From: Patescibacteria group bacterium
Lineage (GTDB): Bacteria > Patescibacteriota > UBA1384 > DATEAH01
Assembly: GCA_035288465.1 (NCBI GenBank)
Contig: DATEAH010000005.1
Span: 131,636-195,635 of the forward strand
Length of the DNA: 64,000 nt
Direction: 5' to 3'
The position numbers were made by a program, and so were the translations under genes. Below are positions 49,247 through 59,603 of this stretch, in pieces. Position 1 is the first letter of the stretch. Each line of letters opens with the position of its first letter. The notes beneath the pieces were generated by a model. That model worked only from the letters and a program-made list of their open reading frames with translations, was not told the DNA's origin and did not search any database.

Positions 49247-49825
49247 TTATCTAGTTAGCCTAACTGGAATTTGAATTAAACCGATTTCACTGCTGTCAGC
49301 TTCAGAAACATCAAACAACTCCAGAATTGCATCCATTGGTGAACGACTTAAAGTTAAAGTGATCGTTTTGCGGTAAGGGGCGTTTTCAAAACTATCGCCG
49401 GTGACAGAAACAGCACCTTGCTTCAAAATTGGGCCGCGGCAATCTCTGAGTCGGTAATTAAATTCGCCTTCAAAAACCGTCGCCGTACCAGAAAAAGTCA
49501 AACTTAACCCAGAATTAATTGAATAATCCGCAGGGGATGTAACTTTAATGGTTGTACCCTTGGTCGGATTTTGAAGACAATGAACACTTTTTACGGTCTG
49601 ACTAGTGCCTTGTGAAGTTGCTGAAGAGTTAGTTGATGTGCTTGTGTCAGAAGTGCTTGAGGTTGATTCTTCAGCATTTTTTTTCAAGGTATCAATTTCT
49701 CGGCGCAAATTTTCAATTTCCGTGCTGGCTTTTTTGCTTTGAGCGCGATAATAATAAACCCCATAGCTTGTGGCAACCAACAATAATACTAAAAGGATCG
49801 AACCAACGATTTTTAATATTTTCAT
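49247..49825 (-). CDS. Membrane-anchored protein with Gmad2 Ig-like domain
   Basis: TM, coiled coil, Ser/Thr linker, I.VTSP...SGTATVFEG.F.YRL.D. Confidence 0.8.
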   Translation of the reverse strand: MKILKIVGSILLVLLLVATSYGVYYYRAQSKKASTEIENLRREIDTLKKNAEESTSSTSDTSTSTNSSATSQGTSQTVKSVHCLQNPTKGTTIKVTSPADYSINSGLSLTFSGTATVFEGEFNYRLRDCRGPILKQGAVSVTGDSFENAPYRKTITLTLSRSPMDAILELFDVSEADSSEIGLIQIPVRLTR

Positions 49826-49951
49826 ATTTCCCTCATTAATATTATATCAATTTTTATAAAATCTAAAAGCGGGAAGAATCTTAAATTGGCGGAAAAAAAG
49901 AGCCGAGGCTCGAAAACTGGTGTTGTTGTCGAACAACGGCTGTTAATTTTT

Positions 49952-50134
49952 TTAAAATTGTAATTTTTTAATTGCTAAGGCAAGTCCCGAAATAATAATG
50001 GCAATTGCCAGAAGATACAACCCTAAACAAATCCAAATGTGTAGATTTTGCCCCAGAGAAATAGCGGCTCCAATCATTGAGAAACATCCACAAACAAACA
50101 TAAAAATGCCTAAGCCAAACCAGGTTATCTTCAT
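49952..50134 (-). CDS. Small two-TM protein (ORFan array)
   Basis: GGAGGGATAAGAGATG start; ATGA overlap. Confidence 0.65.
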   Translation of the reverse strand: MKITWFGLGIFMFVCGCFSMIGAAISLGQNLHIWICLGLYLLAIAIIISGLALAIKKLQF

Positions 50135-50412
50135 CTCTTATCCCTCCAGATTGATACTTTTTTAACTGTTTTGGCTTTTAGGATTTTATTTTCTGTGTCA
50201 AATTCTAAAATTTCAAATGTCTGTGCATCTACTTCAAACACAGTTACTTTCTGACCCGTGAATTGATTGGTTGCAAATGCTGTAGCGAGAATCATTTGTA
50301 AATTTAGTCCTTGTACTTTTTCAATACGACATTTCTTAGCATCATCTATATAAACGTCCACATAATCCCCAGCATACACCGTGAGAAGAGATATTTTTTC
50401 TGCCGTTGCCAT
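50131..50412 (-). CDS. Hypothetical protein (ORFan array)
   Basis: AGGAGGCGATGAGAGATG start. Confidence 0.75.
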   Translation of the reverse strand: MATAEKISLLTVYAGDYVDVYIDDAKKCRIEKVQGLNLQMILATAFATNQFTGQKVTVFEVDAQTFEILEFDTENKILKAKTVKKVSIWRDKR

Positions 50413-50450
50413 CTCTCATCGCCTCCTGGAGTTTGTGGTTCGGCTTGATT

Positions 50451-50891
50451 CTAATCTTGCAACCGTGTTACGACTTGATTGCAAAGAACTTCAAACCGTT
50501 TGATTGCATCATGCGATAACCTTAAACTTGAAAGAGAAATTTTCCCATTATTATCGATGGCTTGGATAATCTCTTGGCAAGTAGGCACAACCACTTCTTG
50601 CAATTTATCAATTGCCTCGAGGTCATAATTGCCTTCCAAAGGAATTGAGAGATTGGCAGCTTGTTTGGAACAAATATCTCTGACTTCTGCCGAAAGCTCC
50701 TCAAATTTTGCTGGAAATGTGGTTAAAGGACGGCGATCATCTTCGTTGAGTTGCTCAAGAAAGTATTTAAGCTCTTCGGGCCCATGCATATGCATCTTCC
50801 AGACGCATTCAAGAATTTCCATAACTTCATTGGCTCTCACGAGATAAGCAGCAAGCATAATCCGAGTGACGACCGCTGGCATCTGTTCCAT
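50451..50891 (-). CDS. Hypothetical protein (ORFan array)
   Basis: GGAGACGATGAGAGATG start. Confidence 0.75.
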   Translation of the reverse strand: MEQMPAVVTRIMLAAYLVRANEVMEILECVWKMHMHGPEELKYFLEQLNEDDRRPLTTFPAKFEELSAEVRDICSKQAANLSIPLEGNYDLEAIDKLQEVVVPTCQEIIQAIDNNGKISLSSLRLSHDAIKRFEVLCNQVVTRLQD

Positions 50892-50894
50892 CTC

Positions 50895-51356
50895 TCATCG
50901 TCTCCATAAGTCTTCGATTTGATCTTGAACTTCTTGAGCCAAAGCCTTACCTTTATCGGTTAAAACCACCAAATCTTGATCATTTATTTCAACAATTCCA
51001 GCAACTACAGCTTCGTCAAGAATCGTGAGAGGATGATTGGCATCAAGTAAAATCGCAATTCCATAATCTGCTGATTTTACGATGACTGCTTGAAGTAATT
51101 CCAAATGTTTCTCACGAATAAGACAACTCATAACTTCATTAGAAACACCTAGATGATACGAGATTACATTTTCAATACCTTTCATAAACCCTGTAATGGT
51201 TTCTGGGCAGAGAATTTGCAAACGTGCTCTTTGGTAATCTTCTTCAGGCATACGACGGGTCCACATATCAATATAACAACACCCGCTTGCCTCTATTTTG
51301 TGTAAATCGTCAACTAGATCACCCAAAGTTTTTCTGGCTTGATTGTTTTCGCTCAT
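50895..51356 (-). CDS. Hypothetical protein with possible C-terminal winged helix (ORFan array)
   Basis: AGGAGGCGATGAGAGATG start; GIVE.....VVLTDKGK. Confidence 0.75.
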   Translation of the reverse strand: MSENNQARKTLGDLVDDLHKIEASGCCYIDMWTRRMPEEDYQRARLQILCPETITGFMKGIENVISYHLGVSNEVMSCLIREKHLELLQAVIVKSADYGIAILLDANHPLTILDEAVVAGIVEINDQDLVVLTDKGKALAQEVQDQIEDLWRR

Positions 51357-51405
51357 CTCTCATCGCCTCCTGGGTAGGGGTTGTAAAAACCTGGACGGGC
51401 GAATA

Positions 51406-52167
51406 TTACTGTTGATTTTGAAGATTCATAATCTCACGTGCGAGCATGTTTAAGTAAGTGCAAGCATAAGTTCTCATTAAAAATGCTTGAGGAACGCGAT
51501 ACCCGCCATGAATCTCTGCCCGCAAAACATCAAAAATACCATGCCAAGAATCATCTGATCCGGAAAAATCGCCCTTGGCGAAAGGCTCAACTGTTTGGCG
51601 TTTACAATTGATCTCACTGCGTTCCAATTCTACATCTCTTTCGAGAACAAAATTAGAGGTATCAGTGTAGGGCGGGAATTTAATTAAGAGCAGGGCGCCT
51701 GAACCTGGACCAAGACTGATATAATCAGAATCAACCCAATTACATTTTCGATCATGACCATTATCAGCGTCCAAAAATTCACCAAGCCATTTCATTCTTT
51801 CTTTAATGGGAATATATTTTAATATTCGGGAAATTGGCGAATAAATTTCCTCGCCGACTCTTTCTCTGAGTTTTGTCGGTTCAGTGGGAGAATTTATCCA
51901 TCTGCCTATGTCTTCAATAAACCCATCAAGACATTCTCCAAAAGCATTTCTTTCGATTTGGCAATTCTGCTCATGAGATATTTTTCCGGAAGAAATCGCT
52001 TCGATAATCGGTGGCCAAATCAGGATCGGCGCAATTTCAATTTGATAGCCAACCTTTTCCTCGCAAGGCGGTTTTGCCCTTCCATAATGGCATCGGCATT
52101 GATGACGAAAAGGAGTCATTGCCATGGGGAAGTTAAAACGATGCAGATAGGGCATAGGGTCTGCCAT
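51406..52167 (-). CDS. Hypothetical Cys-containing protein (ORFan array)
   Basis: Start moved to ATG 52167 after GGAGGCAATCGAG. Confidence 0.75.
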   Translation of the reverse strand: MADPMPYLHRFNFPMAMTPFRHQCRCHYGRAKPPCEEKVGYQIEIAPILIWPPIIEAISSGKISHEQNCQIERNAFGECLDGFIEDIGRWINSPTEPTKLRERVGEEIYSPISRILKYIPIKERMKWLGEFLDADNGHDRKCNWVDSDYISLGPGSGALLLIKFPPYTDTSNFVLERDVELERSEINCKRQTVEPFAKGDFSGSDDSWHGIFDVLRAEIHGGYRVPQAFLMRTYACTYLNMLAREIMNLQNQQ

Positions 52168-52201
52168 CTCGATTGCCTCCGTGGTGAGTTTTGAATCAGA
52201 A

Positions 52202-52420
52202 TCAAGCACTTATTTCAAATACATTATCACCAACAGGCGTCACATGAAATGTCATACTATAATCAAAGAGTAGAGACACTGTCAACACGTTAATTTGTTT
52301 GTATGTTCCTTTAATTTTAACCTTACCGTTATTCTTTAATATAAAAGAATGCAAATCATCAACGGTAAGCGAACCAGCATCAAGAACCTCCTGCTCTTGA
52401 CGAGATTCTGCCTCTGCCAT
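52202..52420 (-). CDS. Hypothetical protein (ORFan array)
   Basis: AAGGAGGCGATCGAGATG start. Confidence 0.7.
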   Translation of the reverse strand: MAEAESRQEQEVLDAGSLTVDDLHSFILKNNGKVKIKGTYKQINVLTVSLLFDYSMTFHVTPVGDNVFEISA

Positions 52421-52449
52421 CTCGATCGCCTCCTTGTGGTGTCGGATTA

Positions 52450-52551
52450 CTATGTTTGCGCAAAACGTAAAAATTCAACAAGCAGCCATCCTACAAAAGT
52501 AGTATCAAAAAGGATAACAGAAAGACACACCATCGCTTCTTTGACACTCAT
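52450..52551 (-). CDS. 33-aa single-TM peptide (not in ORF track)
   Basis: AGGAGGCGATCGAGATG start; MSVKEAMVCLSVILFDTTFVGWLLVEFLRFAQT. Confidence 0.6.
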   Translation of the reverse strand: MSVKEAMVCLSVILFDTTFVGWLLVEFLRFAQT

Positions 52552-52739
52552 CTCGATCGCCTCCTGGGGAGTTTGGGATTCCAAATTGTTAAAGTACTGG
52601 CTCTTCGTAATTAGGTAAATTATAGCATAATTTGGGAAAAATAAAAATAGGAACTGTCAAAGTTCCCCAAATTTTCAATTTTAGATTTGTTGTTTGTAAT
52701 CTATTGTTGATTATCCACTGTTAATTGCTTACTGTTAAT

Positions 52740-53282
52740 CTATTCTATGCAGCAGTCGATCACTTTTTTAACCAAATCTCCCATTTTGCCGAGAACGCCT
52801 TTTTTGCTTTTGTCGTGAACATTTAAAGCTTGACCGCCAATTTTGCTAATTCCGGCCACGTCAATGGCACCCATATTAAGGCCCCAAAATAAAGAATAAA
52901 GTTGATATGATTTTGAAAAATAATCTTCAGCTTCTTTGTCTTTACCCATGGTTTGCGCTTTGGTGCCAACTTCCATCAAACGCATGGCGGCGGCTAACAA
53001 ATGCTTTGACAGACACCAAATTTCGCCTTCCGGATTTTTGACTAATTTTTTAAGCAATTCTTTGCGCATTTCGCGGACTAAATTTAACATTTTTAAATAC
53101 TTGGCTTTGCCGGTTTTTTCCGCGGTAAAGAAAAAATGTTCTTCAATTGAGACTAAATTCATGACGGCAATTGATAAATCTTGGTCGGATGACAGATCTA
53201 ATTTCTGCTCCTTTTTCATCTTGCTTACTTTAGCTAATAATTGATCAAGTTTATCTTTTTGAGAAGAATTTTTTTTCGGCAT
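52740..53282 (-). CDS. Hypothetical protein
   Basis: MNL.S.EEH, WC.SKHLL...MRL.EVG.K, C-terminal DCC.E. Confidence 0.8.
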   Translation of the reverse strand: MPKKNSSQKDKLDQLLAKVSKMKKEQKLDLSSDQDLSIAVMNLVSIEEHFFFTAEKTGKAKYLKMLNLVREMRKELLKKLVKNPEGEIWCLSKHLLAAAMRLMEVGTKAQTMGKDKEAEDYFSKSYQLYSLFWGLNMGAIDVAGISKIGGQALNVHDKSKKGVLGKMGDLVKKVIDCCIE

Positions 53283-53302
53283 AAGACCTCACTTTACTAA
53301 AT

Positions 53303-53420
53303 TTCTAATTATTCTAATTGACCTAATTAACCTAACCAATCCCCAATTATTAAATGTCCAATGTCTAAATTTTGGTCATTTTTTTATTTTATTATTGGGA
53401 TTTGATTAGAATAATTAGAC
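53303..53420. repeat. AT-rich imperfect inverted repeat
   Basis: TCTAATTATTCTAAT ... ATTAGAATAATTAGA, with internal CTAATT-like units. Confidence 0.55.
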
Positions 53421-53450
53421 TAATTGGGTTAATTCGACATTTTCCCTATT

Positions 53451-53981
53451 TTATTTTCTAGTGACAAAATAAAAAACTACGGTTAATAGAGCTAAGGGCA
53501 AAATTGGCATCACAATTTTTTGGAAGGCAAAATAAGCCCTGCCGCCATGACGTTTTTTCAAAAACGCATAAGTTAAATCACCAGCCAAAAAGAAAATGCT
53601 GCCGACGGCAAGTCCGAAAATAAGCTTATCAATTCCCCAAATTTTGTTTAAGGGATGTCCCAAGATTTCGGTATAATATAACGGAATTAAAATCGAGGTA
53701 TAATAAACCAAAGCGACCACCAATAAATCGCCGGGGAAAGTGTAATGCCTTTTTTTCATCCAAGAATATGTCCACAGGGTCGTGGAAACAATTAAACCGC
53801 CAATCCAAAGACCGGAAATAGTATCATCAACGCCCAACCAACGCGAAAGTCCTAAGCTGGCGCCAACCGCGATTGTGCAAACCGGACAAACCGCCCCAAC
53901 CTTGGCAATTGGCAAAAAAATTCCCACTAGGGGCGCTAAAATATATGAGAAAAATTTAATTAATTTAAATGATTTTTTCAT
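53451..53981 (-). CDS. Membrane protein with CPVC motif
   Basis: Signal/TM, then AVCPVCTIAVG..LGLSRWLGVDD..SG.WIGG. Confidence 0.8.
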   Translation of the reverse strand: MKKSFKLIKFFSYILAPLVGIFLPIAKVGAVCPVCTIAVGASLGLSRWLGVDDTISGLWIGGLIVSTTLWTYSWMKKRHYTFPGDLLVVALVYYTSILIPLYYTEILGHPLNKIWGIDKLIFGLAVGSIFFLAGDLTYAFLKKRHGGRAYFAFQKIVMPILPLALLTVVFYFVTRK

Positions 53982-54016
53982 AGCTTAAGATTTAGTATAC
54001 TATATTTGGAAATAAA

Positions 54017-54844
54017 TTAAAAGCCTAAGTTTTCTTTGAATTTGTCTAGGGTATCAGTACCTCGAACTCGAACTCGAGTTAATTCATAATTTTTTGACTG
54101 GTAATTATATCGGCCGACCTTGGTCGTGACCGCACCTAAATAGCCGGCATCTTCGACTAATTTAATAATTTCATCGTTATATTGGCCAGATGGGTAGCAG
54201 AAGAAGCTGGCAGTTATGCCCAAACGAGATTCGAGTTGGGATTTGCTTTGGAAAATTTCTTTGGAGGCTTTATCGAGGCTGGCATTGGTTAAGTTTGGAT
54301 GAGACAAAGTATGAGAACCGATAGACCAACCGGCATTTTTTAATGCCACCAAATCGTCCCAAGTCAAATATCTAGTTTTGCCAACATCATTGACAATGAC
54401 AAAAACCGTGGCTGAATATTGGAATTTTTGCAGAATTGGCAAAGCATTTTCAATGATATCTTTATAGCCATCATCAAAAGTGATGATAAATTTTCGAGCC
54501 TCTCTTTTAGTAAATAATTCATCTAAATTAATGGTGCTAAAACCTAAGCTTTTCAAATAGCCGATTTGTTCTTCAAATTTGACCGGTGACAAACTCAAGC
54601 TTTGTTCGAGTTGGCTATCGGGACTTGGGTTGATTCGAATATGGTGATACATCAAAATTGGCGATAAACTCCAAACACCATTTGTGCTCACTTCTGGCAA
54701 ATTCGCCTCCGGGCCAGCGGGAATCGCGTAAAAAGGATAAGAATTATTGGTAATAGGATTTTGATTTTCATAAAAAAAGAAGGCTAACGCGGAAATTAAA
54801 AGCAAACCAAAAATTGTAATCACGATGATTGCCGCGACTCTCAA
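54017..54844 (-). CDS. Polysaccharide deacetylase (CE4/NodB)
   Basis: PILMYHH, ITFDDGY, IGSHT.SH..L, FCYPSG. Confidence 0.93.
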   Translation of the reverse strand: MRVAAIIVITIFGLLLISALAFFFYENQNPITNNSYPFYAIPAGPEANLPEVSTNGVWSLSPILMYHHIRINPSPDSQLEQSLSLSPVKFEEQIGYLKSLGFSTINLDELFTKREARKFIITFDDGYKDIIENALPILQKFQYSATVFVIVNDVGKTRYLTWDDLVALKNAGWSIGSHTLSHPNLTNASLDKASKEIFQSKSQLESRLGITASFFCYPSGQYNDEIIKLVEDAGYLGAVTTKVGRYNYQSKNYELTRVRVRGTDTLDKFKENLGF

Positions 54845-54882
54845 TTTTTCTCCAATTTTTTGAAGATTTGAAATATTATAAA

Positions 54883-55452
54883 TTATTTACTGTTATTTAT
54901 AACGCCGTTGGCCGCTTCCACGATGACTCTAGCTAATCTTTTTGCCTGAGAAATATCGGTTTGGTTCCAAGCCCAATTTACTGTCGAGGTAAACTGAGAA
55001 TTGCCGGTGGCTTGCGCCAAGGCATACCCACGGTCATATTCGGCTTGAGAAATATTTTGCAAACCATCATGCAAATCAATAATTTCGCCCAGATATTTTA
55101 GAAAATTTGCATAAGCGGTGGCGGTGGTGTTTTGTGATACGTAGGTTTTGTTAGCATCTGCTAAAGTCTTTTTCTCTGCATCAAGTTTAGTTTTGGCAGT
55201 TTGGCAGGTTTTTAGTTGATCTTTAAGCTGATTAGTAAGATCTGTTGAAGATGAGGTCGCTGAAGAAAGTTGATTTTCTAAATTTTCTTTTTCTTGGGCT
55301 AAGGTTTTATACAATTGACGTTGGTGATAATACAAATAACCTAAAGCACCCGCTCCTAAGAAAAAGACAATTGTCAGCACTAACATTAAAATAAAAATTC
55401 GCTTGGACTTGACGGGGTCGTTTACAAACTCCATTTCCCTCCTTTTTCCCAC
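54883..55452 (-). CDS. Membrane-anchored coiled-coil protein
   Basis: TM followed by a heptad-rich region. Confidence 0.75.
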   Translation of the reverse strand: MGKRREMEFVNDPVKSKRIFILMLVLTIVFFLGAGALGYLYYHQRQLYKTLAQEKENLENQLSSATSSSTDLTNQLKDQLKTCQTAKTKLDAEKKTLADANKTYVSQNTTATAYANFLKYLGEIIDLHDGLQNISQAEYDRGYALAQATGNSQFTSTVNWAWNQTDISQAKRLARVIVEAANGVINNSK

Positions 55453-55757
55453 ATATTAGGGAAAATAACAAAATAATATTATCTAATTTAATAATGCAAT
55501 AATTTATAAAATTGTCAAATAACCAAAAAGGCCATAAAAAAATCCGCCTCGGGCAATATTTGCCTCCTAGAGGCGGACTTGGCTCTTCCTCATAAATGAG
55601 GAATGAGATCGAGTCTGCATTTCTAATCTTATTATACTCTATTGTTTTTTATTGTCAAGCCGGTTGTTGGTTCTAAAAAAATAAATTGACTATAATATTA
55701 TTTTCGCAACCTTTGCTGAGAAAACGCTTAAAATTCAGTAATTTATATTCTTGGGAT

Positions 55758-58202
55758 TTACCCTAACCTCAATTGCCTGGGCTTTTTAGCTTTGATAATT
55801 TTAATTATTTCAACCCAAAAGATTGCTAAGAAACAAACTCCAATTACGAGCAACCAATAAGCGGCCGGCAATGGCGTTGTTCCCAAAACTTTATTAATAT
55901 ATGGGGCATAAACTGCCATAAAAACCAACACAAAACCCAAGGCAATGGTAATTATTAAAATGTAATTTTCAAAAAAATGAGCAGTTTTCAAGATGGTTTG
56001 CTTTAGATTTTTAAAAGCAAAGATATAGATTAAACTTGAAGACGCAACTGCGGCGAAAACCACGGTTCTGGCCAATTCTAAGCTGGCGTTAATATGTAAA
56101 AGGTACCAAAAGATAAAAAGCCCTGATAAGCCGACTGTAAAACTAACTGTCAAAATCAAAAAGATCGTGGAACGGTCAAAAATCTCTGTTTTTTGAGTTT
56201 GAAGCGGGGTTTGCGCCATTAAACCATCTTCTCTGGCTTCAAAACCTAAAACAATACCAGGCGGACCGTCACAAATCAAATTGGACCACAAAATTAAAAC
56301 AATAGTAAGAGGCGCGGGAAAATTCAATAACATAGCGCCAAAAATTAGTAAGATTTCGGCGAAAGAATTAGACAAAACATAACTAATGACTTTTCTGATA
56401 TTGGAAAGAATTAAACGACCTTCTTCGCAGGCAGCGACAATGGTTTTAAAATTGCTATCAAGCAAAATTAGATCCGAAACTTCTTTGGCCACATCCGAGG
56501 CATTTTCTACAACCACGGCAATATCAGCTTTTTTTAAAGCTAAAGCGTCGTTAACCCCATCTCCAGTCATTGCCACCACTTCGCCATTTTCTTGCAAGGC
56601 TTCAATAATTTTTAATTTTTGGTGCGGGGTAATTCGAGAAAAGATAATAATTTTATCTACCCTTTCCCTTAACTCATGGGTGGTGATTTTTTCTAATTCC
56701 TCAGCTTCCATGATATTTTCCGGTCCAATTTTAAAACCTAAATTCTGGGCCACTTTTTCGGCGGTGACGCGGTAATCACCGGTCACAATTTTAATTTTTA
56801 TGCCAGCCTGCCGACATTCATCAATGGCATGTTTTACCTCGGGTCTGAGGGGATCGGCAATTCCGACCAAGCCCAACCAAGTAAAATTTTCTTTTAATTT
56901 TAAATCACCCCGAGACTTATAAGCCGAACCTAAGACTTTTAAGCCAAGTTTGGCCCATTGTTCAACCTTGGCTATAATGATTTCTTTCTCTTCGTGATTG
57001 TGTTTGCAAAAATTCAAGACAATTTCTGGTGCTCCTAAAATATAGGCGGCCGTATCACGATTAATCTTTCTAATCACCAAAGAATGTTTTTTGTCGCTAT
57101 CAAAGGGTTCTTCATAAATTTTATAGCTTGAGTCTAAAATTTTTTGCGGATCAAATGAATCTTGCGTTTTAGCCCAATCCCAAAGACTTAATTCTAAGCT
57201 GTCTTTTTGTTGGTTGGATAAAATTAAGGAAAGTAAAAACTGCTTTGGTTTTTGGGTAAAAACTTCAGTAACTTGCATTTTGCCTTGAGTTAAGGTGCCG
57301 GTTTTATCGGTGCAGATGACTGAAGTTGAGCCTAAGGTTTCAACAGAAAGTAATTTTCTAACTAAACCTTTTCTTTTGAGAATTCTTTTCATGCCCAAGG
57401 ACAAAATTACCGTTACCGCCACCGGTAAGCCCTCAGGAATAGCTGCGACTGCCAAAACCGTGGCAACTCGCAAGATGTGCCAAATATTATCATTTTGAAA
57501 CAGGCCAAAAATAAAAATAGTAATGCAGATGAAGGCAACAATATAGGCTAATTTTTGCGAGAATTTTTCCAATTTTATTTGCAAAGGAGTTTTTTCAGTT
57601 TTTATTTCGGAGAGGCTTTTACTAATCTTGCCCATTTCTGTATTCGCGCCGATTTCGGTGACTTTAAGAATTGCTTGACCTGCCACCACCGTGGTACCCA
57701 TGAAAACTTGGTTTTTCCGGCCCATATCCTTTTCAACCGCTTCTTCTTCTCCGGTCAAGATTGCTTCTGAAACCAATAAATTATTAGCCTCCACTAATTT
57801 GCCATCGGCAGGAATCATATCGCCGGCAGTTAAGACCACTAAATCACCTGGCACTAAATTTATAATCTCAATTTCCTGACGTTTTGCCTCGCGAATCACG
57901 AAAGCTTTAGGTTTTAAAATATTTTTTAAAGCGGCCATGGTTTTTTGCGCTTTGTATTCTTGATAAAAACCCATCAAGGCATTAAAAGTGATGACAATTA
58001 AAATCAGGCTTAAATCAGTGTATTCTCGAAAAATTAGAGAAATCACGGCGGCAAAAAGTAAAACATAAATTAAAGGGCTTTCAAACTGGGCAAGAAATAA
58101 CAAAACGGCCCCAGGCCCCTCCTTTTGGGCTAAAATGTTGAGTCCGTGTTTTTTTCTCAATTCCAAAACTTGGTTTTGAGTCAAACCTGAAAATCTAGTC
58201 AT
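55758..58202 (-). CDS. Cation-transporting P-type ATPase (type II, Ca2+-like)
   Basis: LTGE, AAIPEGL, ICTDKTGTLT, TGD, MTGDGVNDA.ALK.AD. Confidence 0.95.
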   Translation of the reverse strand: MTRFSGLTQNQVLELRKKHGLNILAQKEGPGAVLLFLAQFESPLIYVLLFAAVISLIFREYTDLSLILIVITFNALMGFYQEYKAQKTMAALKNILKPKAFVIREAKRQEIEIINLVPGDLVVLTAGDMIPADGKLVEANNLLVSEAILTGEEEAVEKDMGRKNQVFMGTTVVAGQAILKVTEIGANTEMGKISKSLSEIKTEKTPLQIKLEKFSQKLAYIVAFICITIFIFGLFQNDNIWHILRVATVLAVAAIPEGLPVAVTVILSLGMKRILKRKGLVRKLLSVETLGSTSVICTDKTGTLTQGKMQVTEVFTQKPKQFLLSLILSNQQKDSLELSLWDWAKTQDSFDPQKILDSSYKIYEEPFDSDKKHSLVIRKINRDTAAYILGAPEIVLNFCKHNHEEKEIIIAKVEQWAKLGLKVLGSAYKSRGDLKLKENFTWLGLVGIADPLRPEVKHAIDECRQAGIKIKIVTGDYRVTAEKVAQNLGFKIGPENIMEAEELEKITTHELRERVDKIIIFSRITPHQKLKIIEALQENGEVVAMTGDGVNDALALKKADIAVVVENASDVAKEVSDLILLDSNFKTIVAACEEGRLILSNIRKVISYVLSNSFAEILLIFGAMLLNFPAPLTIVLILWSNLICDGPPGIVLGFEAREDGLMAQTPLQTQKTEIFDRSTIFLILTVSFTVGLSGLFIFWYLLHINASLELARTVVFAAVASSSLIYIFAFKNLKQTILKTAHFFENYILIITIALGFVLVFMAVYAPYINKVLGTTPLPAAYWLLVIGVCFLAIFWVEIIKIIKAKKPRQLRLG

Positions 58203-58247
58203 TCTACACATTATTATAAACGAATTTTTGGATAAAAACCAATAAAT

Positions 58248-58964
58248 TTAAAGAGCAAAATGGATTACTAAATACAAAACTGCCATTCCTAAAATTGTCA
58301 TAAAGGTTGTCCAAATTGTGGGATGACGATGGTGGCTTTCTGGAATTAGATCAGAAGCACCAACATAAAAGAACAATCCCGTGAAAATAGCCAAAATTAA
58401 ACCTAAAATTGATTCGGAAATAGTTATAAATAAAGTCATAAATATGCCCACAGCTGGTGCTAAAGCATTTAAAACCAACCAAGAGATTGCTTCTTTCCGA
58501 TGGCCTTTATTTTTCAGAATCATACTTACTGAATTAATTCCATCAGAAAAGGAATGAGATAAAACTGCGGCTGCGACAACCCAACCTACGGCCGGTGAGA
58601 CTTTAAAGGCCATGCCAATACCAAAACCATCTAAAAAGCTATGAAACGATAAAGTCGCCGCCCCAAGCTTGCCGCGATGACTTGGTTTTTCGCAATCATC
58701 TTTTTGGTGCACATGCAAAGAAAAGGCACGGTCTAAAATCATATATAATGAAAAGCCTATCGCCATAAAAAGTGCCACAAAATTAAAGCTATAATCTTTG
58801 GTAGCCAATTCGATCGACTCGGGTAATAAATCGAAAAAAGCCACGCCAATCACTGCGCCAGCGGAAAAACCTAAAATTAGATGAAGCTTGTCTCGAAAAC
58901 GAATTGCGAACAAGCCGCCTAGCAAGATGCTTAAAATTATAATTACGATGACTAATAAAATCAT
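58248..58964 (-). CDS. ZIP-family divalent metal transporter
   Basis: GFSAG, DLLPES, HSFLDG, H.F.DG, DLIPESH. Confidence 0.9.
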   Translation of the reverse strand: MILLVIVIIILSILLGGLFAIRFRDKLHLILGFSAGAVIGVAFFDLLPESIELATKDYSFNFVALFMAIGFSLYMILDRAFSLHVHQKDDCEKPSHRGKLGAATLSFHSFLDGFGIGMAFKVSPAVGWVVAAAVLSHSFSDGINSVSMILKNKGHRKEAISWLVLNALAPAVGIFMTLFITISESILGLILAIFTGLFFYVGASDLIPESHHRHPTIWTTFMTILGMAVLYLVIHFAL

Positions 58965-59071
58965 TTTCGACCCCTTTTTACCAACCTCTTATATCTTATT
59001 TTAACACAAAAAAGGGCATTAAAGGGATTTAATCATATCAAATCACTCCAATGTCCTTAATTTCAATTAAA

Positions 59072-59596
59072 TTATTTTTCAGAAATTTTTTCAATTTCAC
59101 TAATTTTCCAACGGTTGCTTGCAAGGCTTAATCTAAACTTCCAAATTACTTCTTTGGGAGCAGTATAAAACTCGCCCTTAACCTTAACAAGGGCTTCGTT
59201 TTCAATAGCCACTTCGGAAATAATTGAGTAACTTTTTGGCCCATTGGCAACTTGATAGCTTTTCGGCAAGGTTGGATTTTGGAAGGTGGGATTAACAATT
59301 AAATTTACTTTTTCAGGGACAACATAGCCCTTGGCCTTAACATAATCAACATTAGAATTTGGCAGACTGGCTAAAGTTAATTTCAAGAATGTTTCGACGG
59401 TTTGTGCGGGGGTTAGGGTTGGTTTTAAAGGATTATTTTCAGATTCTTGGGAAGTTGAAATGCGACTGAAGCAAACTTTTTGCCAACAATAAAATCCCAA
59501 AGTTGTTAATATCGCTAAAACAGAAAAAATAATAACAATAATCAAGAAAAACTTAAAGCGACGATTTTTTTTAGATTGTGCCATCATCTCTCCCAA
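59072..59596 (-). CDS. Membrane-anchored hypothetical protein (NTF2-like C-terminus)
   Basis: TM; P.QTVE.F ... WKISEI. Confidence 0.7.
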   Translation of the reverse strand: MGEMMAQSKKNRRFKFFLIIVIIFSVLAILTTLGFYCWQKVCFSRISTSQESENNPLKPTLTPAQTVETFLKLTLASLPNSNVDYVKAKGYVVPEKVNLIVNPTFQNPTLPKSYQVANGPKSYSIISEVAIENEALVKVKGEFYTAPKEVIWKFRLSLASNRWKISEIEKISEK

Positions 59597-59603
59597 ATTT
59601 TGG

